Assembly (NCBI GenBank): GCA_009914755.4 | Contig: CP068257.2 | Location: forward strand, 17,824,001 to 17,888,000 | Direction of reading: 5' to 3' | Source: the human T2T-CHM13v2.0 reference genome, Homo sapiens | Length of the DNA: 64,000 bases | In this document: positions 1 through 15,140 of the stretch, one piece after another | Position numbering within the stretch: position 1 is the first letter of the stretch | Layout of the letters: each line of letters opens with the position of its first letter | Program-made: the position numbers and the translations under genes | Notes under the pieces: generated by a model | The model's input: the letters and a program-made list of their open reading frames with translations, nothing else | What the model was told of the DNA's origin: nothing | The model's database searches: none

Positions 1-397
1 TAAATGATGTGAGCCTTATTATTGCCCAGGTTACTCCTTTAGGAATGTTTCTTGGCCATGGCATAGGAAGAGGAACCCAGGTTGTGCCCGATGGTGTCCA
101 TGAGTTGAGGAGATGGAGCTGGGAATTTAGGGGGCTAAAGCAGTAACAAATATTTGAGAGAAAAGAGTTCTATAATAAGATAAATGGAAAATCCGCAGAA
201 GTCCTACCCTGATGCCTTGAGAATTCAGCAGAATACAAATTAGCTCATATATATGAGAAAATTGCCTTAGGTCATGGAACAAACTAGCCTAAATGATTAG
301 AGGAAAAGGTAGTTCAACATTCAAAGAGGGCCTAGAAAAGTTTCTGTTCTCATCATTGCATTAGTCAGCATTCTCCAAAAAAATAAAACTGACAGGA

Positions 398-398
<1 letters not shown>

Positions 399-447
<49 letters not shown>
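399..447. repeat. Compound microsatellite (ACAT)n followed by (AT)n
   Basis: Direct reading: acatacatacat... then atatatatat... Confidence 0.9.
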
Positions 448-1269
448 AAGGATACAAACATATATTCATAATACGACATCTGCAATCTGGAGACCCAAGA
501 AAACTGGTAGTGTAATTCTAGTCTGAGTCACCAGGCCTGAGAACCAGAGAAGGGGCCAATGGTGTAAATTCCAGTCCAAGAGCAGAAGGAGATGGTATGA
601 CAAATCTCAGCTCAAGCAGGCAGACAGGAAGCAAAAGGGTGAATTCCTCCTTCCTCCATGTTTTGCTCTGCTCAGGCCCTCAGTGGATTACATGATGCAT
701 ACTTATAATAGGAAGGGCAATGTATTTTATTGAGTCTATTGACTCAAATGCTAATCTCATCTGAAAACAACATCAAAGACATGCCAAGAAATAATGCTTA
801 ACCTGGGCACCTTTGGCCCAGTGAATTTGACACAGAATTAACCATCACAACTATCAAGATGGGAAAGCCTCTTTATCTGTGGGATATTGAAAAGATTACA
901 TGGAAAGGTCTTTCCTCAATAGTGGGAAATATTCAGCTCTAGAATAAACACTGCTCCGGTCCCACCTACTAATAAACCTTAGAAGTAAGACTTGAAGCGA
1001 TCAAACTTTTCCATGTAACTTAATTAGGTCCTGAACAAAGATCACGAATAATTGTGGGAATAAAATTTAATCTGCAGGTAACTAGGTAAAATTTACAAGG
1101 TCAAAATTTACAAGTTTCTATTCAAAAGTTAAAAAGCATGCAATGAAGCAGGAAAATGCAATCAATCTAGAACTAACATAGGTGTTAAAATTAGTGTAAA
1201 GTAAATAAAAGTTATTTTAACAATATTCCGTAGTTTCAGAGTTAAGCAGAGACATGGACGGTTTAAAGA

Positions 1270-3602
<2,333 letters not shown>

Positions 3603-5118
3603 CTGAAGGTAAGGGTTGAATAATTTCCCCAACTTTCTCACCAATCTTAAATAAAAGCAGGTCACAGAGCAAATTTGCCACAGGTGGCAATATTATCAAG
3701 TAGGTGCAAAAAGAGTCACATACTCTTTCTTTGTTGTTTTGTAAGCTTAATTTAGTTCCAACGTTCTATCTTTTTATGTCTTCCAACCACACTTTACAGA
3801 GAGACTTTATTTAAAAACAATTAAAAAAACAGTATTATTTAGGCAGAATTCAGCTACTCTTATGGTCATCAACAGACAACAAACTCATCTGAATTCACGC
3901 TTGGACAATGAAATACACAGAGATCATGCCGTGAGCTACAGCCAAAGGGTTTTCTAGATTATTTTCTTCCTTATGCCACATAAAAGAGTATCTTTAAAAT
4001 AATTTATCCAAATCTTATCTTAACACTGATACCAGTAAATAAGAGCCCGACTCTTAATTCATTATGCTAGCAAGCCAATATTTTCAGCCATGGCAACTAA
4101 TTATTAAATGCCATAATGATGAGCAAAATATCTAATATTAAAGATAGAGGAAATTGGAGTACTTGCAGTAGCCACTAGTGGAGTACAGCCACCTTGATTT
4201 GAATGTGTCTGGCATAGCCCTGGAGTATAAATTGCTGAGCATGGTAACTTGCTACACACAGAGTAAAACAAACTACATTCACAAGCGTATCATGCTGTCT
4301 AAACACAGGTGTATTCAGATAAATAAAAAACATCTTAGCAAAGGGTTTATGTTCCATTAGATAACACATACAATGAATGAACTAGCTTCTAGAGGATCAC
4401 CTTACTACTAATCTTTCGTTTACCGAATACATATTTTATATCAACCATATGGCTCCATTCCACCAGCAGCTAAAGGCTGAGTCAAATTTAGTTGTAGATT
4501 AGATAAATAAAATGAAAATTATACTCTATAATGTTTCCTAAACTTTAATACGATAAAAATCACCTGGGACATTTGATAGTACATTTCTCAGCACTTTTCT
4601 ACACAAATTATTTTTCAGTCAGTTTGAAGAAAGTTCTGGAGAATTGATGATTTTATCATTTTTAAGCTAATTTTTATTCTCAGGGGAGTTTGGCAAGCGC
4701 TGCAGATGTGTTTTATAGCACAAATTCCTCATCAATAAGAATACTGTAATAATCTTTTTTTGAGACTGAAACTCTCCGTATTTTAATTTATTGTCTATTT
4801 CCTCTATTTCTTACATCTACAGAAAATAAAGACATAACAAAGAAATTACTTTAACTCTGTATGTCATGTACCTGATTTTTATGCCGCACTCTGCAATGAC
4901 TCTCAAAGTTATAATTTACTTTAACTACAGGTCTCATTACAACAGTCCTCAATAAATTTTTCAAGAAAATCCTTCAAAGAAAATATGAAGAATTGACTGT
5001 CTTAGCCTCCATTCTGCCTTTCCTCTAGCCTGGAAATTTAGAAAGATAATAACTACCTTTCCTGGGTTCCCTCCCTGGTAAAGTTTTGCACGGAAATTAG
5101 ATACGTTTTGTGCGATAT

Positions 5119-5487
5119 TGTATTAGTCTGTTTTCACACTGCTATAAAGAACTGAGACTGCATAATTTATGAAGAAAAGAGGTTTAATTTACTCCACAGG
5201 CTTAGCTGGAAGCACGACTGGGAGGCCCCAGGAAACTTACAATGAAGGCGAAAGGCAAAGGGGAAGCAAGGCATGTCTTACATGGTGGCAGGAGAGACGG
5301 GGTTGGCAGGAACTGAGACACAATTTTAAACCATCAGATCCAGTAAGAACTCACTTACTATCACAAAAATAGCATGGGGGAAACCGTCCCATGATCCAAT
5401 CACCTCTCACCAGGTCCCTCCCTTGGCATGTGAGGATTACAATTTGAGATGAGATTTGGGTGGGGACACAGAGCCAAACCATATCAG
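5119..5487 (-). mobile_element. THE1/MST-type MaLR LTR (probable solo LTR), minus orientation
   Basis: Starts tgtattagtctgttttcacactgctataaagaactg and ends gggtggggacacagagccaaaccatatcag. This is the reverse complement of the THE1 LTR consensus termini TGATATGGTTTGG...GGACTAATACA. Confidence 0.8.
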
Positions 5488-7074
5488 ATATCTAAGATAG
5501 AAGTTAAATGAAAGCCACCTGTCTGCTATTTTTTACTGCTATCAAGTGAAATATGGAATGTGAATATTTGTGTAAAATTGAGATGGCCAGATTTAGTAGT
5601 CCAGATTCATGAGTGTCAAGTGGCAGGGGTGGTAGTAATGACTCAAACAAGCAGCTGTCTCATCTAGGCATCTGAGCATTCATGACTTAGTAGATTAAAT
5701 TATTTGCCAATTCTCATACAGGAGGTAAGGTTTGTAACTCCTCCACTTGAATCTGGGATGGCTTGCCATTTCTTCAACTAATGCAGCAAAAGTGATTTTA
5801 AAAGTGTTCTGAGGGTACCCTTTAAGAGAACTGAGAATTTCTGTTACATTCTTCTTGGCGCCTTAAGTCACAATATAAAGCCTACTCTCAGCCACACTGA
5901 GAGCCTGTGTGGAGAGATGGAAACAGATGTCTGGACTTTGTTCAGTGTTCCAAAACTACCTTCCGAGTCAGACCAGCAGAAGCCTCAGATATCTTGGAGG
6001 AGAGATGAGTCATACTTACCGTTGCCCTTTCTAAATTCCTGTCTCATGGGATTGCAAACTATAATAATAATATAATGTTGTACAGCTATAAAGATTTGGG
6101 GTGATTTGTTACACAGTAGTTGTGCAGAACAGAATTTAGTCCTGAAATTGATGTGATATCTTGATAAAAATCTTAATATGGAGCACTGGCTTTGGAACTG
6201 GGTAGCTGGCACAAACAGACAAGTCTTGAAGAAATTGTTACTCAAAGCTTGCAAATACCTTTAGGAGACAGAGTGAGAACTTGAAAGACACCAAAGAATA
6301 TGTTCTTGGAGACTAGTGAAAAGGAACCTTGCTTTTATATTGTAGAAAGTTTGGAAAAACTGTTGCTTCTTGTTATAAGGAAAATGGTACGCCTAATGAA
6401 CTCATGGATTTGCATGGGTTTATTTCTAAGCAGAATGTAGAAAGTGCCAATTGTCCTCTTAAAGCATTTTATGATAAATTACAAGATACTTAAAGTGAAT
6501 TACAAAAGAATCTGTTTACTTTTCAAGGAGAATTTGATGGAAATATTTCTAACTCAAGACTTCTTGAGATCAAAACTAAAACTGTATCTTATTCTTTATT
6601 CTCTCTGCATAGCAAAGGACTAACAAAGTGAAAATGAACAGGAGTCCTCAGTGCAAGTATAAATTTTATGTCACTTCAAGACTTCAGTGTAAAAATCTCA
6701 AGGGTGTAAGAGTAAGTCAATCTGTTGAGAACTTAGAAAGATTTAAGATAATATCTCATAGAAGCTGTCAGCTAGAAAAAAAGTATTCTAAGGGCTTTGA
6801 GGGCATCATTTATGAACCACAACTGTAGGGTATAAAAATAAAGCTAGATCTTCTTCTCTCATGTCTTTCTTAGCAGAACATTCTCAAAATTTAAAAAAAA
6901 AAACTCTCAAGAAAAATATTACATACAAAATATTTTCAATTAATCAGATTAAAGATAAAGCCAAGGAAGTGATCACAAATTCTTAATCAGGGCTTTGCAG
7001 ACAATTTCAGAGACAATAGCATTTCTAAATACCTTTAGAATGTATCTCACAGGAACATATATTTAACCATACGA

Positions 7075-7600
7075 CTTCTAAGCTGTTGGGAACAGGCCCC
7101 CATAAACTGGCCCCAAAACTGCCCATAAACAAAATCTCTGCAGCACTGTGACATGCTTGTGATGGCCATGACGCCCACTCTGGAAGGTTTTCAGTTTACT
7201 AGGATGAGGGCAAGGAACACCCGGCCCACCCAGGGCAGAAAACCGCTTAAAGGTGTTCCTGAACCACAAACCATAGCATGAGCGATCTTTGCCTTAAGGA
7301 CATGTTCCTGCTGCAGATAACGAGCCAGACCTGTCCCTTTATTTCGGCCCATCCTTTTGTTTCCTGTAAGGAATACTTTTAGTTAATCCATAATCTGTAG
7401 AAACAATGCTTATCACTGGCTTGTTGTCAATAAATACGTGGGTAAATCTCTGTTCAAGGCTCTCATCTCTGAAGGCTGTGAGACCCCTGCTTTCCCACTC
7501 TACACTCTATATTTCTGTGTGTGTGTGTGTCTTTAACACCTCTAGTGCCACTGGGTTAGGGTCTCCACAACCGAGCTGGTCTCAGCACTAAAGCACTTAA
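7075..7600. mobile_element. Possible solo retroviral LTR fragment (family not identified)
   Basis: Repeated ggccccaaaactg motifs. An aataaa signal is followed by tgtt...ctctgaaggctgtgagacccctgctttcc, typical of an LTR R/U5 region. No adjacent internal retroviral sequence recognised. Confidence 0.3.
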
Positions 7601-8589
7601 GGCTATTGTCCTACAGCAACCTAACAGAGAGCTCAAAGTAGAGAAGTAACTGTCTTAAAGATATTTGTAGATGTGGCACTTTCTAATAAAGTATACCCGG
7701 TAAATTTATCAAGAAATCTCCAATGATTTTAAGACAATTTTATAGGTATAGTCTTCTCTAGTTTAAAATAAGAAATAGAGATAGCATAATATAAAAAAAG
7801 GAATTTGAATTTCTAAAATCCAATGGGCAAGAAGCAAGCAGAGAAGGCTATTCAGCTGCAAGCATGGTCCATTTCTTATGAAAAAGGAAAAATGACCCAG
7901 AAGGCAAAAAATGAGCACAGATTGCAAAACAGGAAAGAACAGATAATTATTCCCAAGGAGGAGAATTGGCACTGATCAACTAACTGATGACATGTGTCTG
8001 ACTGGATTTCAGAACTTCTTTGGACCAGTGACCGTCAGGTATACCCAGTTTCCCACAATGCTAGGTGGGAGTGTCTACTGAAGTTATTCTGTGCTTTCTC
8101 ACATAATATATTGGAAATGTGTGAAAGAGAGGGGCAAAAACCTCCTCCAGTTAGTAATCTACAGATTGAGAGGACCTGTAATTGAGGAGTGGCACCCAAG
8201 GCAGTTGATCTGCACTTAGACAATGATTTAGACAATGACATCCAGGAGCTTGAGCCTGGGTCAAGGGCTGTAATGAGATGGAACATTTGTATTTTAAAAA
8301 AATGTAAATAATTTATTGCCAGATGGTGGATTTTGGTGGATTGATGATTGCTGCAATGTATTTGAATCTCGTCCCTCTTGGAAGCTAAGGTTTATGCAGC
8401 AACCCTTTTAATATAAACTAACCTGTGACAGCTTTGGCCAATAGGGTATGATCAAGTGATGCTATGACCCTTCCAGACATACTTTTAAGAGAACTGACAG
8501 TTGCCCATGTCTCCTTCTTGAATCCTCAAGCTGACATGAAAGACATCTGACTAACCTGAGGAAGTATAGTGAGAGGAAGCTTAATCTAG

Positions 8590-8595
<6 letters not shown>

Positions 8596-8641
<46 letters not shown>
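8596..8641. repeat. (GA)n microsatellite, about 23 units
   Basis: Direct reading of gagagagaga... run. Confidence 0.95.
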
Positions 8642-8643
<2 letters not shown>

Positions 8644-9569
8644 AATCCAGTCAGCCTCCAGAATTTCAAGCTTTGTTTGAATCATCCTAGCTGAGGCACC
8701 AGACACTTGAAATTGAAACAAGCCATCCAACTGTGCCAGTTCTGAATATTTGATCCACAGAATACTGACATGAAATAATGTCAAATTGTTTTTAGCTAAG
8801 TTTTCTGACTGTTTACTACACGTCAATAGATTAACCTTAAGGCTTACCTTGAAAATCTTAGGATGACCCTACATTGATCATCCTAATTTATATAACTTTT
8901 CATATAAAAAATCCTAATCTATGTAACTTTTCAAATAGTCTCTCATGAAAATTTAATTGTTCTAAGTAACAGTGGCTTCAATGTCATTTCTGTAATGAAT
9001 GCTACTTATGTATTGGTTGAGAATCACTGGAAAATTTATGTCATGGGCTGAATTGTGTTCTCCCCAAAATCCATATGGTAAAGCTCTAACCATCAGTACC
9101 TCAGAATTTGTATTCAAAAACAGGGAATTTCAAGATGTTATTAAGGTAAAATGAGGTCCCTAATCCAATAAGACCATCCTTGAGGAAGAGCAGATTAAGG
9201 TACAGACACACACTGAGGAAAGACTATGTGAAGAAAAAAGGAAAAGAGGGCCATCTGCATGCCGAGGAACGTGTCCTCAAAAGACTTCTAGCCTCCAGAA
9301 CTGTGACAAAAGGAATGCACATTATTTGAACCACATTATCTGTAATATTATTTATGGTAGCCCTAGTCAATTAATATAGCCTATTTCTTCAGAAGCTAGA
9401 TGATTTCTGAAGTCTTCTCAGTTGGCATAAACTTTTGTATAACATCTTGCATTGTTTACTGTCTTGAAGCAAATCAAGTACAGCTGAAGACATAGTTCCC
9501 ATCATTGGCAATAAGTCCAAGATCTGTTAATTATTTGGACTTCAACCTCTTCCCTGGATGTCTGTGTGT

Positions 9570-9682
9570 TTATGTCAATCTATCAATCTATGTATATTTA
9601 GATATCTATGTATCTGTCTATATAGATATCTAGATATATATCATGTGTGTGTCTGTGTGTGTGTGTGTGTGTGTGTAAGTGT
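9570..9682. repeat. Compound simple repeat: degenerate (TCTA/TATC)n followed by (TG)n
   Basis: tctatcaatctatgtatatttagatatctatgtatctgtctatatagatatctag ... catgtgtgtgtctgtgtgtgtgtgtgtgtgtgtg. Confidence 0.9.
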
Positions 9683-10110
9683 GCTTGAGCCAGGACATCA
9701 GGAACCAGGAGATGAGGAAGAAGAGGAACTCCCTATTTCTCAGTTTGTTTTTATAGTGTCTGCTTATTTTCTTTCTTTTCCTAGTCACTTTAAAGGCAGA
9801 AAAGTCAACTACCTCTTTTCTAAGTTAGGATACATGAATAGATATTTATATGTTAAAGCTTACAATCTCCAAAACACCAGAGGCCAATCCTCATGGGCAC
9901 TGATAAAGCTATTCCTATGACAGATCTGGAGTGGAGTCCATTATTTGTGACCATTAACCTGTCCTCATCCAAGACATGGAATGGAACCTGGGGGTATGGT
10001 GAATTTAGAAGTGATGGTCTTGTGCACAGGGGAACAGGAATGAGTTAGGAGATTCCCTATTAGCTTCTTCTCTCAACACACCAAGCTCTGATGACTTCTG
10101 ATAAAATTTA

Positions 10111-10533
<423 letters not shown>

Positions 10534-12289
10534 TTATAATAATCATAACTCTGTCCTTGACAGGTAACTAAAAGAGTTTTTTTTACTGCCAAACTGGTCT
10601 GGTTATCATATTCATGAAGTGATGATGGAGTGAATAAAGGATGAAAATTCACCTTTGACTATTCTGAGGCATATATAAAAGTCAAAAAATACTTGATAAT
10701 TTTTCATTAGGATTCCCATTGTAAAAATCAAGAATAGATTAATAGCTCTATAGATTATATAATTACCTAGAAATTGCATTAATCTGGTACATTTATTTTC
10801 TCATTCTAAAACCATACATCTTACCACTTAATATCCCCTCTCCATTCTTTTTTCCCCTGCTAAAAATCTAATGAGATCAAATCATACTTGAGGGAGACAC
10901 TGCTAATTCTATTCTCTAAAGGTGAAACAGACATGAAATTGCATTTTAGCAATTTTAGTATGTTCTTATGTATGGTCAGGGAAATCGACTTGAATGATTT
11001 CTGAATATAAACAGTTTAAATTACAATCAAATTTTCATTTAACAAGCAGGTAAATTAATGACACACATAAACCTCATTTAAGATATAATTTATTTCCTCT
11101 GGTTTATTAAATTTTGATGAGTGTTATATAACTATATCATTATATATAAATAATTACAAAAGTATATAATTAAGAGAAATTTCTCTTATTTTAATATGCA
11201 CTCTATTTAATGGAGCTAAAACAATAGCTAAATAGTAAGCAAGAGAAAGGAAAAGAAAAATGGAGTTCCAAATCTCTGAAACTGTATAGAAAATTGGCAT
11301 GTGTAAAATTTGGACTGACAGTCATAAACTTTTATCCTCCAACCTAATTATCTATTTTATCTCCTTAATATGTCAGCTTAAAGCAAAACTTATTATCAAT
11401 ATCAAAATTACACAATAAGTTATATGTTTTATGATTTGTGTATTGTCATAACTGATTTCAGTGATTCAAATAACAATTCTAGCTTGTATTTGTTGAAAAA
11501 TCTAAGAAGAGTTGATATGAAAATATTTTAAATATGTCTCACTTTGTATAAGTCAACTCAACTTTGATCACTGAGATGGTTATCTCATCTGATGGATACG
11601 CCCACTTAATTCATGAACTGCTATTGCCTAAAAAAATCTGAACATCTTTTACATCTGTTTTTTTTTTCTACAGGATATTTTATCCTAAAAATGAATTATA
11701 TGTGTTGAAAAGTATAAACTGACATATTTAGCAAATTAACAGAGGACCTATTATGAAAATAATGAGAGCAAGAACACAGCAGGTACAATAGTGGTAAGAT
11801 ATGAGATTCTACGAAATGGTAATCAGGCCCATGAGACAAAAGCGAATTCTAATAGGAAAGAACATTAATATTAGTGGATTTTCTAGAATCAACTAAGGCA
11901 TGTGAAATGTCATGACATATGAACAAAACAAATACATAGGATTCTTGATTAATATAACTCAATAAAAAGGAAAGTGGATATAGCATATGATTATATTATT
12001 ATTATCATCATTATTTAACTATTATTTTAGTTTCACTTACATTTCCTTAAGTTTTCAAATGAAAAAAACAAAAATGTGTTTGGGGAAAAAAGAGGTATTT
12101 TATTAGACTCCAACTGAGTAATGACGTGAAAATGCCAGCTACAGATGCTGATTCATCATAATAGCATGTTCTCCCAAATAACTATCTTATCTGCCTCTGC
12201 AATGTCATTAGACCTCCAGATAGCAGCCAAGAAAACAAGATTCTTTAAAAAAGAAATGACAACAAACCTATAGTCAATTATTTCTAAAA

Positions 12290-12545
12290 ACATCCATATG
12301 TTATACACAAACATACATATACACACATATTTATACACACACATATGTAAATATATATATATAATATTTAATACACACACTATATATGTGATATGTTTAA
12401 ATATATAATATATCCATGGCTTACAATGATTACTGTATGTATATATATATGTGTGTGTGTATATACATACACACATACTGAAATATACTATATATTATAC
12501 TATATATATTATAAATGAGATATACCATATATATTTCTCTCTATA
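12290..12545. repeat. Low-complexity (TA)n/(CA)n-rich simple-repeat region
   Basis: Long runs of tatatatat, cacacac and atacat-type units. The minus ORF 12156..12476 is a repeat artefact. Confidence 0.85.
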
Positions 12546-12551
12546 TAGAAG

Positions 12552-12924
12552 TATATTAGTTCATCCTCATGCTGCTACAAAGAATTGTCCAAGATTGGGT
12601 AATTTATAAAGGAAAGAAGTTTAACTGACTCACAGTTCTGCATGGCTGGGGAGGTCTCAGGAAACTTACAACCATAGCAGAAGGGGAAGCAAACACATCC
12701 TTCTTCACATGATGGCAGGAAGGCAAAGTGCCCAGCAAAAGGGGCAAAGCCACTTATAAAACCATCAGACCTCATGAGAACTCAATCACTATCATGAGAA
12801 CAGCAGCATAGGGGCAACCACCCCATGATTCAATTATCTCTCAGGCCCTGCTCACAACACATGGGGATTATGGAAACTACAATTCAAGCTGACATTTGGG
12901 TGAAGATACAGCCACATCGTATCA
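12552..12924 (-). mobile_element. MaLR (THE1/MST-type) LTR, 3' LTR of element A
   Basis: tatattagttcatcctcatgctgctacaaagaattgtccaagattgggtaatttataaaggaaagaagtttaactgactcacagttctgcatggctgggg ... ends cagccacatcgtatca. Matches the reverse complement of the MaLR LTR consensus. Confidence 0.75.
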
Positions 12925-14424
12925 TTCCTCCTCTGGCCCCTCCCAAATTTCACATTCTCACATTTCAAAACACAATCTTCCCTTTCCAAAGATCCCCCAA
13001 AGTCTGAGCTCATTCCAGCATCAGCCCAAAATTCCAAGATTTCATCTAAGACAAGGCAGGTATCTTTCACCTACGAGCCTGTAAAATCAAAAGCAAGTTA
13101 GTTACTTCAGAGATACAATGTGGGTACAGGCACTGGGTAAATACACCAGTTCCAAATGGGAGAAATTGGCCAAAACAAAGGGGCTACAGGCCCCAGGCAA
13201 GTCCAAAATCCAATAGGGCAATCATTAAAACTTCAAGTTCCAAAATGATCCCCTTTGACTCCATGTCTCACACCCATGGCACACTGATGCAAAAGGTGGG
13301 CTCCCATGGCCTTGGGCAGGTCTGATCCTGTAGCCTGGTAGGGTAAAGCCTCGCTTCCTGGCTGCTTTCATAGGCTGGCGTTCAGCATTTGTAAGCTGTT
13401 GGTAGATCCACCATTCTGGGGGTCTTGAGGATGATGGCCTTCTTCTCACATATCCACTAGGCAGTGCCCCAGTGGGGACTCTGTTTGGGGGCTCCAACCC
13501 ACATTTCCCTTCTGAACTGGCCTAGCAGAGGTTCCCCATGAGGGATTTGCCCCTGAAGTAAACTTCTGCCTGGACATCCAGGCATTTCCATACATCCTCT
13601 GAAAATATAGGCAGAGGTTTCCAAACCTCAATTCTTGTCTTCTGTTCACCCACAGGCCCAACACCATGTGGAAGCTGCCAAGGCTTGGGACTTGCACCCT
13701 CTGAAGCAATAGCCTGAGTTGTACATTGGACCATTTTAGCTGCAGCTGGATCAGCTGTGGTGCAGGGCACCAAGTCCCAAGGCTGTATACAGCAGAGTGA
13801 CCCTAAACCTGGCCCAGCAAACCATGTTTCCCTCCTGGACTTGCGGGCCTATGTTGAGAGAGGCTGTTGTGAAGGTCTGTGACATGCCCTGGAGACATTT
13901 TCCCCATTGTTTTGATGACTAACATTTGGGTCCTCACTACTTATGCAAATTTCTGCAGCCGGCTTGAATTTCTCCCCAGAAAATTGGGTTTTCTTTTTTT
14001 ATCACATAATCAGGCTGCAAACTTTCCAAACTTTTATGCTTTGCTTCCTCTTGAATGCGTCTCACTTAGAAATTTATTTCGCCAAATATCCTAAATCATC
14101 TCTCTCAAGTTCAAAGATCTACTGATATCCAGCGTGGGCAAAATGCTTCCAGTCTCTTTGCACATAGCAAAAGTAACTTTTACTCCAGTTCCCCAAAAGT
14201 TCCTCATCTCCTTCTGAGACCATATCAGCCTGGACACCATGGTCCATATCATTTTGATCAAACTATTCAACAAGTCTCTGTGAAGTTGCAAACTTTCCCA
14301 CATTTTCCTGACTTCTGAGCCCTCCAAAATGTTCCAACCTCTGCCTGTTACCCAGTTCCAAAGTTAGTTCCACATTTTTGAGTGTCTTCACAGCAGTGCC
14401 CCACTCTCTGTGGTACCAATTTAC
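12925..14424 (-). mobile_element. MaLR internal region (element A, about 1.5 kb)
   Basis: About 1.5 kb of non-coding sequence between two MaLR LTRs. It is about 75-80% similar by eye to the second internal block at 15141-16717 (shared motifs ctgtaaaatcaaaagcaagttag, agaaattggccaaaacaaagggg, ccctggagacattttcccca). Confidence 0.65.
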
Positions 14425-14743
14425 TGTATTAGTTTGTTCTCAAGCTGCTATAGAAAACTGCTCGAGTCCAGGCACAGTGGCTCATGCCTATAATCCCAGC
14501 ATTTTGGGAGGCCAAGGCAGATCACTTGAGGTCAGGAATTTGGAACCAGCCTGGCCGACGTAGCAAAACCCTGTCTCTGCTAAACACACAAAAATTAGCC
14601 TGGTGTGGTCATGCAGATGTGTAATCCCAGCTGCTCAGGAGGCTAAGGCAAGAGAATCACTTGAATTTGGGAGACAGAGGTTGCAATGAGCCGAGATTGC
14701 ACCACTGCACTACAGCCTGGGGTGACAGGGCAAGACTCCGTCT

Positions 14744-14782
<39 letters not shown>

Positions 14783-15140
14783 CCCGAGACTGAGACTGGA
14801 TATATTAGTCCATTTTCTGTTGATAAAGAAATATCTGAGATGGGGCAATTTAAAAAAGAAAGAGGTTTAATAGACTCACAGTTCCACATGGGTGGGGAAG
14901 CCTCACAATCATGGTGGAAGGTGAAAGGCAAGTCTCACGTGGTGGCAGACAAGAGAAGAGAGATTGTGCAAAGAAACTCTCCTTTTTTAAAACCATCAGA
15001 TCTCATGAGACTTATTCACTATCATGAGAAAAGCAGAGAAAGACCTGCCCCCATAATTCAATTACCTCCTAATGGGTTCCTCCCACAATATGTGGGAATT
15101 CAAGATGAGATTTTGTTGGGGAAACAGCCAAACCAAATGA
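14425..15140 (-). mobile_element. MaLR LTR shared between the two internal regions; contains a 50-bp duplication of the LTR start and an Alu insertion
   Basis: tgtattagtttgttctcaagctgctatagaaaactgc[Alu]ccgagactgagactgg, then a second LTR start atatattagtccattttctgttgataaagaaatatctgagatggggcaatttaaaaaagaaagaggtttaatagactcacagttccacatgggtgggg ... ends cagccaaaccaaatga. Confidence 0.7.
14467..14776 (+). mobile_element. Alu SINE inserted into a MaLR LTR
   Basis: ccaggcacagtggctcatgcctataatcccagcattttgggaggccaaggc ... gactccgtctc plus a poly-A of about 40 nt. Target-site duplication (a)gaactgctcgag / gaactgcccgag on both sides. Confidence 0.93.

Noticed and set aside
5560-6900. Segment that looked like it might be an old DNA transposon or other interspersed repeat
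   Set aside because: I could not recognise diagnostic termini or a family consensus from memory, so I did not annotate it as a feature. RepeatMasker would settle it.
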